Shown in pieces: positions 7,101 through 14,363 of a stretch of 14,363 nt of DNA. The translations under genes and the position numbers were made by a program. The DNA lies in contig JAUXAS010000018.1 in NCBI GenBank assembly GCA_030619825.1, positions 1-14,363 of the forward strand, in the 5' to 3' direction. The stretch's first letter is position 1. The number at the start of each line of letters is the position of its first letter. Origin of the DNA: Hadesarchaea archaeon. Its GTDB lineage: Archaea; Hadarchaeota; Hadarchaeia; Hadarchaeales; Hadarchaeaceae. Below the pieces are notes generated by a model that saw only the letters and a list, made by a program, of their open reading frames with translations, ran no database searches and was not told where the DNA came from.

Positions 7101-7769
7101 TCAGGCGACAATTCTTCCCTCGCCTCCACAAAACCTAGTCACGTAGTCAATTGCAGTTTGCGCTGCGTCCTCCAAAATTTTCTCCTCAATTCCGGGGGCT
7201 CCGCAAATGAGCAGCAAGACGTTTTTTGTTGCTAGGGTAACCTTCGTCTCGTCGGCGTCGCGGTAGGGATAAATTGCGATGAGCTTCTCAGCATCCGAGA
7301 CCACGAGCTCGTTACCCTTTAGCTCGATCGGCTCGCCCATGCCGATACCAAGAAATTTCTCCCCCTTCTGCGCGAAACGTAGCACGAGGTCTCCGCTCAA
7401 CTTTCCAATGTCGAACGCCCCCATCGCGATGCATGATTTGATCGAGGCCAAGTTGTAGGCGTCGACGAACGTGTTTATCGTCGGCAGCGGCTTTCCAGCA
7501 AGAACCCTTCGAATGAGCGCCTCAGCTGCGGGCCTGTTTTTTGTGGGGTCGGTACCGATGCGCCAAAAGAAGTCCCTGTACGCCCTAAAAATCGGAACAT
7601 CCTTTACGGTTGCGAGATCATACGTCCGTTTTATCTCCTCAATCACTTTCTCTTTAAATTGCTGTAGCTCCACTTTTTCTCTTTCGACCCCCACTCCATT
7701 AACATGCACAACCAAAACACGCAGCCCCGGAAAGCGCTCCCCCAAATCCGCGCTGATTTTCAGAACCAT
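7101..7769 (-). CDS. Stand-alone B3/B4-domain protein (PheRS beta editing-domain-like)
   Basis: AYRDFFWRIGTDPTKNRPAAEALIRR, PTINTFVDAYNLAS, GAFD and YPYRDADETKVT motifs. Confidence 0.9.
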   Translation of the reverse strand: MVLKISADLGERFPGLRVLVVHVNGVGVEREKVELQQFKEKVIEEIKRTYDLATVKDVPIFRAYRDFFWRIGTDPTKNRPAAEALIRRVLAGKPLPTINTFVDAYNLASIKSCIAMGAFDIGKLSGDLVLRFAQKGEKFLGIGMGEPIELKGNELVVSDAEKLIAIYPYRDADETKVTLATKNVLLLICGAPGIEEKILEDAAQTAIDYVTRFCGGEGRIVA

Positions 7770-7857
7770 CTTGTCACGATCTCCCTAGGAATTATCAATC
7801 GCCTTATGACTTTCAACCAAATTATATTTAGGCACCCTATTTGTAGTGGTGAGGCGT

Positions 7858-8625
7858 GTGGCTTTGGGATGTACTGAGTTCGCGGTCCCCGGAGATACGC
7901 TAGAAGATAAATTAGGAATATTGGAATCGCATGAAATGTAGTTGGAATTGGTCAACGATGGTTTTGATGAAAAGCGATTAAAGAACATTTTAGAGATATT
8001 GTCGAATTTTAATACCTCGATCGAGTCCGTCCAAGCGTATCTACAGCATGACTTGCGGATGTTAAGCGCGAAAGAAAGAGATCGAAAAGCGGCCTTGCGT
8101 CACATGGAAGAAACGATAAAAATAGCCTCTGCGGTTGGGGCACGAAACGTTGTGGCAGTTGCTACATATGGAAAACCGACGGTCAAAAATCCAAGGGAGA
8201 AATGCATCGAGATATTCAGACATTTCGGCAAACTCGGTGCAGAATTTGATGTCGTGATATCAATCGAGCCATTAGGCAGGGATAGAACTACATTTCTTCC
8301 AAGTGTGTCAGAGGTTTGTAGCTTGGTTCATGACGTGGGTTCAGATCATGTGCGCCTGATGGCGGATACGATGCACATCCATGCAAATGGGGAAAATGTG
8401 GCGGAGGCGATTAGAAAATACGCCACAGAGATTATGGAATTACAGTTACGCGATACTAACTCGAGACCACCGGGACGAGGGAGCATAGACTTTGGTCCTG
8501 TGCTAAAAGTTGTCCGTGAAAAATTCAAGGGCCTGACATGCTTGGAATATCAACCTAGTTCGGATACATATGCGGATTTTGCTAATGCTCTCGAGGCCAT
8601 GAAAACTATCTCTGCGACTCGATAA
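7858..8625 (+). pseudogene. Sugar-phosphate isomerase/epimerase (xylose-isomerase-like TIM barrel) with one in-frame TAG at 7939-7941
   Basis: GGTGAGG RBS (7848-7854), then GTG 7858 gives MALGCTEFAVPGDTLEDKLGILESHEM*LELVNDG, continuous with ORF 7942..8625 (SIEPL, ADTMH, QLRD, R-PPGRGSIDF, CLEY). The segment before the stop resembles the family's first strand and helix. Confidence 0.75.
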
Positions 8626-9631
8626 TCACTTTGAGGGACTCCTTGGCATCAGCGACAAGCCCAAATCCCAAACCCGTTTCCGCCAAGCTCAATCGATGGG
8701 TGATCATATTATGGACATTCACCTTACGCTCTTTGATTAGTTTTAGGGCATCCTCAAGATCCTCGGGGGCTGCACCGTATGAGGTCATAATTGTTACTTC
8801 ATTACGCCAGAAGTCAGTGATTGGGACCGAGATATCAACGCCCTGCCCTGGCACGGCGAAGAACAGAACGGTACCCCCACGATCCACACACTGTAACGCT
8901 TGCTTGTTCGCGGCGGTGGCCCCCGTACAAACTATCACCAGATCTGCAAGTCTGCTTCCATTGAGTTGACGCAATCTTTCTGGCACATCCTCTCCCGCAT
9001 GTATCACGGCATCCGCCCCGAACTTTTTCGCAGCATTCAAACGATATTCGTTTATGTCTGTTGCGATTGCTCGTTCCGCCCCCCGTGCACGGGCAAGTTG
9101 CAGATGGAGCAGTCCAGAAATACCGCTACCCAAAACGAGCACGCTTTGGCCTTTCCGTATATTAGCCAACCTCTGTCCGCGCACCACACATCCCAACGGC
9201 TCAATAAGAGTCCCATCTTCGAACGACAAATCGTCAGGCAAAGGATAAACGCCGCGTTCCACGTTTATCCGCGGCACACGTATGTATTCGGCAAAGCCAC
9301 CGGGATCGTAATTAGTTTTGTGTAAGGTTTCGCAAGCAGTATGGTGGCCGCTTAGGCAGTAGCGACATGTACCGCATGGAACGTGATGAGAAACGAAAAC
9401 TCGGTCGCCTATTTTATAACGCTCCACCCCTTCTCCAACCTCAACGATCTCACCCGTGGCCTCATGACCCAGCACTAAGGGGGCTCTTTTGATGCGATAC
9501 CATTCGAGCACATCCGAGCCACAGATTCCGCACGTCATTACTTTTACCAGAAACTCGCCGGGACCAATCTTTGGTTTTGGTAGCTCCTCTAAACGCACAT
9601 CCTTGTTGCTGTAGTACATTGCAACGCGCAT
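8606..9631 (-). CDS. Zn-dependent medium-chain dehydrogenase (sorbitol/threonine dehydrogenase-like)
   Basis: GICGSD and GHE catalytic-Zn motifs, CGTCRYCLSGHHTAC structural-Zn motif, EP, GSGISG Rossmann loop. Confidence 0.93.
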   Translation of the reverse strand: MRVAMYYSNKDVRLEELPKPKIGPGEFLVKVMTCGICGSDVLEWYRIKRAPLVLGHEATGEIVEVGEGVERYKIGDRVFVSHHVPCGTCRYCLSGHHTACETLHKTNYDPGGFAEYIRVPRINVERGVYPLPDDLSFEDGTLIEPLGCVVRGQRLANIRKGQSVLVLGSGISGLLHLQLARARGAERAIATDINEYRLNAAKKFGADAVIHAGEDVPERLRQLNGSRLADLVIVCTGATAANKQALQCVDRGGTVLFFAVPGQGVDISVPITDFWRNEVTIMTSYGAAPEDLEDALKLIKERKVNVHNMITHRLSLAETGLGFGLVADAKESLKVIIESQR

Positions 9632-9680
9632 GGACGGTTTTAATGGTTTTGAGTTAAAGGATTTTTCGGCGATTTTGCAA

Positions 9681-10139
9681 TCACAGCTTCTGCAAAGATT
9701 TTTCGAAATCTTTTACCTTGGGTAGTTTTTTGCCTTCGCTTGGCAGAATCCTGTGCCCTTCTTTTTTCAGGCGGGCCGCGTGCGCTTTTGTACCACCGGG
9801 GAATTTTTCGTTTAGGCTACCATCCGCCTTGAGTACCCGCCAATATGGTGTTATTTGTTTTATACCTCTACTCGAATCTTCTTCTGCTGTTTCAGCTGCA
9901 ATCCGAATAAAAATTCCAGTCGTCATCGGACAAGTTAGATCAGCATGAAAATCTTTTGCTAACCGCTCCCTGATTTGAGTCACGGTAACAAGCTTTCCTT
10001 TCCGGATCTTGCGTATTAGAGCATCAACGTCGAGAGGCTTGGGGACAAGCATTTTCCCTCGCCCTCGTGGATCGTCAACCACTTTGGGCAGTCCGTGACT
10101 TTTTTCCAATTTTTCTCGCGATGACTTGCGCGTGCGCAT
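9681..10139 (-). CDS. MGMT-family DNA-binding protein lacking the active-site Cys (alkyltransferase-like)
   Basis: IRKGKLVT...IRERLA HTH, TPYWRV at the PCHRV position, G-LN-KFPGG and LKKEGH tail. Confidence 0.8.
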   Translation of the reverse strand: MRTRKSSREKLEKSHGLPKVVDDPRGRGKMLVPKPLDVDALIRKIRKGKLVTVTQIRERLAKDFHADLTCPMTTGIFIRIAAETAEEDSSRGIKQITPYWRVLKADGSLNEKFPGGTKAHAARLKKEGHRILPSEGKKLPKVKDFEKSLQKL

Positions 10140-10150
10140 CCGATTTCTAC

Positions 10151-10954
10151 CTACTTTTTCTTGCCACTTTTGACCTCATTGAACAACTCATGCGCTTCTT
10201 TCGGGGTAGCGTTTTCATGAATAATGGAACGAATAGCCCTGATCATCGCAACCGGGTAATCCGATTGCCAGATGTTTCTCCCTAAGTTTACGCCTATGGC
10301 ACCCTTCTGAATCCCATCGTGAACAAACTCGAAGACCCCAAGCTCGGACTCCACTTTGGGTCCCCCCGCCATAACCACCGGCACGGGGCACCCCCTCACA
10401 ACTTTTTCAAAACCTTCTTTACAATAGTACGTTTTTACCACTCGTGCGCCCAGTTCCGCAGCGATTCTACAAGCTAGGGCGAGGTGTCGCGCCTCACGTT
10501 TCTCCAACTCCACTCCGACGGCCGTTACTGCCATTGCCGGAATACCGTACTCCTCGCACTCGTTGACGAGATTTGATAGGTTTAACAATGATTCATGCTC
10601 GTGCTCACTGCCCACGAAGATGGAGAGGGACACCGCGCTGGCGTTGAGCCGGATGGCTTCTTCCACCGAAGTGGTAATTCCCTCGTGAGATAGCTCCTCT
10701 TTTCTGGCCATGCTCGTGCCGCCGGAGACCCTGAGGATAATCGGTTTGGTGTTCTCGGGATCTATTGACGAGCGCAGTATTCCCCTCGTGAGCATGATTG
10801 CATCCGCGTAAGGGAGAAGGGGCTTGACGGTTTTGCCCGGCTCCTCTAATTTACGTGTGGGCCCTTGAAAATACCCGTGATCTATGGGTAAAAAGAGAGC
10901 CCTCCCATCATTTTGGATCAGTTGTGCAAGCCTGTTTTTCATTCCCCAATCCAT
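10151..10954 (-). CDS. lsrF: LsrF-like thiolase / DhnA-type class I aldolase
   Basis: MDWGMKNRL N-terminus, DHGYFQGPT, MAVTAVG, RIAAELGA-xxVKTYY (Schiff-base Lys), CPVPVVMAGGPK, GRNIWQ; AAGGAGG RBS upstream. Confidence 0.88.
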   Translation of the reverse strand: MDWGMKNRLAQLIQNDGRALFLPIDHGYFQGPTRKLEEPGKTVKPLLPYADAIMLTRGILRSSIDPENTKPIILRVSGGTSMARKEELSHEGITTSVEEAIRLNASAVSLSIFVGSEHEHESLLNLSNLVNECEEYGIPAMAVTAVGVELEKREARHLALACRIAAELGARVVKTYYCKEGFEKVVRGCPVPVVMAGGPKVESELGVFEFVHDGIQKGAIGVNLGRNIWQSDYPVAMIRAIRSIIHENATPKEAHELFNEVKSGKKK

Positions 10955-10967
10955 ACCGACGCCTCCT

Positions 10968-11180
10968 TTATTTCTCAGGCCTGACGATTAAATATCCTTT
11001 GTCAATCAGCCAGTAGTGGAACTCCCGTGTGGTGTGCTTGCAATCGGTTCTGCAGGTTTTCCTTATCTTTTCGTACTCCTCTGAACCAAGTTTTTTGGAG
11101 TTTAGCTCCAGCTGAACTGGACATTTCACATCCTTGCAAAATTCCCTGCTTTTGTACTCCACATATCCATCAATTGCCAC
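10968..11180 (-). CDS. Small Cys/His-rich hypothetical protein (70 aa), first gene of the lsrF unit
   Basis: GGGTGAGG RBS then GTG 11180: MAIDGYVEYKSREFCKDVKCPVQLELN...IRKTCRTDCKHTTREFHYWLIDKGYLIVRPEK. The track's extension to 11426 crosses the promoter and an opposite-strand ORF. Confidence 0.8.
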   Translation of the reverse strand: MAIDGYVEYKSREFCKDVKCPVQLELNSKKLGSEEYEKIRKTCRTDCKHTTREFHYWLIDKGYLIVRPEK

Positions 11181-11235
11181 AACCTCACCCTTTGATGAAC
11201 TTTTGTTTTTGCACAAATGTGTTATATCTGTACCG

Positions 11236-11243
11236 TATATAAA
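11236..11243. promoter_or_regulatory. Probable bidirectional TATA box between the lsrF unit and the small membrane ORF
   Basis: TATATAAA on plus and TTTATATA on minus, between divergent starts at 11180 (-) and 11283 (+). Confidence 0.5.
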
Positions 11244-11282
11244 TTTCAGTTCAGGGAGCCGCGAGGTCTTGGGGTGAATGTG

Positions 11283-11381
11283 ATGAAAGAGAGAACGAGA
11301 ACACTCTTGGCGTTGTTCATCATTCTCCTCTTCATCTTTTCGATGGCGGCCTCGGCCTTGCTTATCTTGGTCGGGCAATAG
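11283..11381 (+). CDS. Small single-TM membrane protein (32 aa); not in the ORF track
   Basis: MKERTRTLLALFIILLFIFSMAASALLILVGQ*; strong RBS GGGGTGA (11271-11277) and TATA box at 11236-11243. Confidence 0.65.
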   Translation: MKERTRTLLALFIILLFIFSMAASALLILVGQ

Positions 11382-11466
11382 AAGCTGGTGAAGATTCGAG
11401 GATAGTGGGAGGCAAACGCTGCACAAGCGGGCAGCGGACTAGTCTGAAATCATCGCTTTCAAATTT

Positions 11467-12225
11467 TTATGCTTTCATCTTTTTGAACAAATATGCTCCC
11501 AACAGAATCATGGCCAACGAGAAAATTGCCAAAACGGCGAAGTCGAGCCATAGCGGGAACTCGGGGTATCCGGATACCCCAATGGCCCCTCTCAAGCCGT
11601 CGACCCCATACGTCACCGGATTGATGTGAGCGATTGACTTCAGCCACCCTGGCGCGGTGCTGAGGGGAAAAATGGCCCCCGATGTGAAAAAAAGAGGCAT
11701 GATGAGGAAGTTTACCACGAGTGGGAACGCGATCGGATCCTCTATTCTCGAAGCGATCGCCAGCCCTAGACTGACAAAGCCGATCGCTAGAATGGTCATA
11801 AAAAGTAAAACCAAGAAGAATCCAGCGAACCCGGGCATCTTCGCCCCAATTAACCCCGCAACCAGAAGGAGCAGCAATCCTTGGATGATCGAGGTCGTTG
11901 TCCCCCCGAAGACCTTGCCGAGCATGATGGATATCCGCGAAACTGGGGCGACGAGAATCTCTTTCATGAACCCGAATTGCTTATCCCATAGTACCGAGAT
12001 GCCCGACATCGTTGCGCCGAAGAGGATCGCCATCCCAACGATTCCTGGGGTCAAGAAATTGATGTAAGGTTCATCCCCTGGAAGGGTGGTGACCGCACCT
12101 AATCCCATCCCGATAATCGCGAGCCAGAGAAATGGCATCATGATCATCGAGATTATCCTAGCTTTCGCCCGCAGGAACCACTTCATGTCGCGAAGCCAGA
12201 GCACGTAAATCGCTTGAGCACTCAC
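11467..12225 (-). CDS. ABC-2 type exporter permease (DrrB-like)
   Basis: Six TM segments; PGIVGM, DKQFGFMKEILVAPVSR, SGAIFP, NPVTYGVDGLR. Confidence 0.93.
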   Translation of the reverse strand: MSAQAIYVLWLRDMKWFLRAKARIISMIMMPFLWLAIIGMGLGAVTTLPGDEPYINFLTPGIVGMAILFGATMSGISVLWDKQFGFMKEILVAPVSRISIMLGKVFGGTTTSIIQGLLLLLVAGLIGAKMPGFAGFFLVLLFMTILAIGFVSLGLAIASRIEDPIAFPLVVNFLIMPLFFTSGAIFPLSTAPGWLKSIAHINPVTYGVDGLRGAIGVSGYPEFPLWLDFAVLAIFSLAMILLGAYLFKKMKA

Positions 12226-12229
12226 TCGA

Positions 12230-13216
12230 TCACCTCGAACTGGCTTTCGCCCACAGGCGCATCTCCTCCTTTACCCCGCCCCCCTCTTCGCGGATGCCTC
12301 TGCCCGTGTAGCGAATGAAAACATCCTCGAGCGTCGGACTCCTCAACCCCACCGAGCGCACCTTGCCGTTATGCCTCGCAATAATCTGCATCAGCTTTGG
12401 GATGGTCTTCTCGGCGCCCGTGACCGTGAGGTGCAAATAATCCCCCACCACCTTCACCTCCTTCACGTACTTGCTCCCCCGAAAGACTTCAGCGTACTTT
12501 CTCGGTTGGGGGACCTCGAGGGAGACGATGTCGCCTTCGAGCTGGTCCTTGAGCTTCTCGGGCTCATCCAGCGCTATAATTTTGCCGTAATCGATGATGC
12601 CAACACGGTCGCAGAGATATTCGGCTTCATCCATGTAGTGCGTCGTCAGCAAAATCGTGGTCCCTTCCTGTTTGTTGAGCATCTGGATGTACTCCCAGAT
12701 CTTCCTCCGTGTTTGGGGGTCCAGCCCGAGGGTTGGTTCATCCAAGAACATTATTTTCGGGTGGTGCATGAGCCCCCTAGCTATCTCGAGCCTTCGCCTC
12801 ATCCCGCTCGAGTAGGTTTGGACCAAAGTGTTCGCACGCTTCTCCAGCTCTACAAGCTTCAGGATCTCACCGATTCGCTTCTCCCTCTGGATTTTGCTCA
12901 TCCCATAAACTCGCCCATGAAAATCGAGGTTCTCCCTACCCGTCAGGCGGTTATCGAGGGAGGGGTCTTGGAAGACTATCCCTATCGCCGCCCGAACCGA
13001 ATCCGGGTTTTGGTGGATATCGAAGCCCGCAACCTTCGCGGTGCCCTCGGTCGGTGGAAGAATCGTGCAAAGCATGTGAATAAATGTGGTCTTTCCCGCG
13101 CCATTTGGACCGAGCAGACCAAAGAGCTCGCCTTTTTTAATTTGGAGAGTGACATGGTCGACAGCGGTCAAGCCGTTGAACTTCCGGGTCAGGCCGTCAG
13201 TAACGATGGCTTGCAT
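12230..13216 (-). CDS. ABC exporter ATP-binding subunit (DrrA-like)
   Basis: Walker A GPNGAGKTT, Q-loop, signature YSSGMRRR, Walker B FLDEPT, TTHYM, C-terminal PTLEDVF. Confidence 0.95.
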   Translation of the reverse strand: MQAIVTDGLTRKFNGLTAVDHVTLQIKKGELFGLLGPNGAGKTTFIHMLCTILPPTEGTAKVAGFDIHQNPDSVRAAIGIVFQDPSLDNRLTGRENLDFHGRVYGMSKIQREKRIGEILKLVELEKRANTLVQTYSSGMRRRLEIARGLMHHPKIMFLDEPTLGLDPQTRRKIWEYIQMLNKQEGTTILLTTHYMDEAEYLCDRVGIIDYGKIIALDEPEKLKDQLEGDIVSLEVPQPRKYAEVFRGSKYVKEVKVVGDYLHLTVTGAEKTIPKLMQIIARHNGKVRSVGLRSPTLEDVFIRYTGRGIREEGGGVKEEMRLWAKASSR

Positions 13217-13260
13217 ACTACCCCAAGAAGCTTAATTTTACCCCGCCAAATATCTACTGT

Positions 13261-13337
13261 GCGGCCGTGGTCCAGCCTGGCTAGGACTCAGGCCCTCCAA
13301 GCCTGTAGCGCGGGTTCAAATCCCGCCGGCCGCACCA
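13261..13337 (+). tRNA. tRNA-Gly(TCC), intronless, with C instead of U at position 33; CCA encoded
   Basis: Acceptor GCGGCCG/CGGCCGC, D-arm GTCC/GGAC, anticodon arm CAGGC-CCTCCAA-GCCTG, 4-nt variable loop, T-arm GCGGG-TTCAAAT-CCCGC, A73, CCA. Confidence 0.9.
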
Positions 13338-13369
13338 TTCAGATTACACGATTAGTCAGTGAAACCGCT

Positions 13370-14041
13370 TCAATACCTTAGAGCGTAAACGTATCTCGCT
13401 CTCCTCCTTCGCTTCCTGAGTTTCATCCACACCGGCAAGATCAGGAGCATGCCCGCAAGGAATCCCCCTATGTGCGCCCAGTACGCCACCTCTGTGGTCG
13501 TCCCCGCCACCCAAAGCACGGAAGCCGAGAACACCTGCAACACAAACCAGAAACCTATCAATACCGAAGCAGGGATCATAACCAAAACGAAAAAGACGAT
13601 TGTGTATACCTTGGCCCACGGGTACAAGAGTATGTAGGCTCCGAGCACCCCCGCGATGGCTCCTGAAGCACCGATCGTTGGTACCGCTGAAGTGGGGTCG
13701 GAAAAGGCGTGTGCGAAGCTAGCCGCCAGACCCGCGCCGAGGTAGAAGAGTATGAATTTCCTCCTCCCCAACACGTCCTCGATATTGTCACCGAAAATCC
13801 AGAGATACCACATGTTAAAGAGGACGTGCAGGACACCCCCGTGTAAAAACATTGAGGTGAACAGCGTGTGCAGTTGCTTGCCAGCGAGCACCTCGACTGG
13901 TCTCATCCCGAACTCTTCAATTGATTGCTCGAAGATCCCCGCGAAGAGCGTCCCGAGAAAGATCGCGAAGTTTATGATGATCAAGGCATAAGTTAGGACC
14001 GGTCTCCTCCGAATCGGGTTCTCGTCTTTCAAGGGGAACAT
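13370..14041 (-). CDS. Rhomboid-family intramembrane serine protease
   Basis: TSMFLHGG-LH--FNM, FGDNIED, GASGAI (catalytic Ser), AHIGGF (catalytic His). Confidence 0.95.
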   Translation of the reverse strand: MFPLKDENPIRRRPVLTYALIIINFAIFLGTLFAGIFEQSIEEFGMRPVEVLAGKQLHTLFTSMFLHGGVLHVLFNMWYLWIFGDNIEDVLGRRKFILFYLGAGLAASFAHAFSDPTSAVPTIGASGAIAGVLGAYILLYPWAKVYTIVFFVLVMIPASVLIGFWFVLQVFSASVLWVAGTTTEVAYWAHIGGFLAGMLLILPVWMKLRKRRRRARYVYALRY

Positions 14042-14112
14042 TCAAAATCAACCATCCAGAATTGCTTGACCCCCTGTGTCCTTTGTCCTAGCTTAAAATA
14101 TCTGTTCGCTGA

Positions 14113-14363
<251 letters not shown>

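Noticed and set aside
7939..7941. Genome-wide TAG-to-pyrrolysine recoding
   Set aside because: Several genes here end at TAG at their expected C-termini, and no pyl genes are in the window.
11181..11426. N-terminal 82 aa of track ORF 10968..11426
   Set aside because: Overlaps the promoter and the opposite-strand small membrane ORF; a strong RBS marks GTG 11180 as the start.
13296..13299. Calling the third tRNA Trp(CCA)
   Set aside because: The 5-bp stem centres TCC in the 7-nt loop, and the acceptor stem and short variable loop are Gly-type.
12371..13381. 336-aa plus-strand ORF
   Set aside because: Antisense shadow of the ABC ATPase, runs through tRNA-Gly, and has no recognisable motifs.

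Overview
Archaeal chromosomal window, judged from aEF-1beta, the HVO_2753-type Zn-ribbon protein, Nep1, TATA boxes, GGTGA-type RBSs and tRNA introns with bulge-helix-bulge (BHB) motifs. The lineage cannot be fixed from the sequence alone. It holds about 18 mostly housekeeping genes: CDF transporter, aEF-1beta, Zn-ribbon protein, adenine deaminase, DUF72, DUF4234-like membrane protein, deoxyhypusine synthase, HAD hydrolase, B3/4 protein, sugar-phosphate isomerase, Zn-dehydrogenase, Cys-less MGMT/ATL-like protein, LsrF-like thiolase/aldolase with a small Cys-rich partner, DrrAB-type ABC exporter, rhomboid protease and Nep1. There are also three tRNA genes. Highlights: (1) tRNA-Arg(GCG) and tRNA-Phe(GAA) each carry two introns, one at a non-canonical site (20a/21 and 30/31). 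Their 37/38 introns share a 3' end that fits a G34-U35 donor tRNA better than either host. (2) Several single-base anomalies fall at normally fixed positions in otherwise intact genes: in-frame TAA in the CDF gene, in-frame TAG in the isomerase, an ACG start in nep1, C33 in tRNA-Gly, and a YSSGM ABC signature. Consensus errors or mutation accumulation are the simplest explanation; RNA editing or recoding is a testable alternative. (3) An orphan lsrF module without lsrK/lsrG, and two tiny membrane-peptide ORFs missed by the ORF track. No CRISPR array, transposase or integrase was seen.
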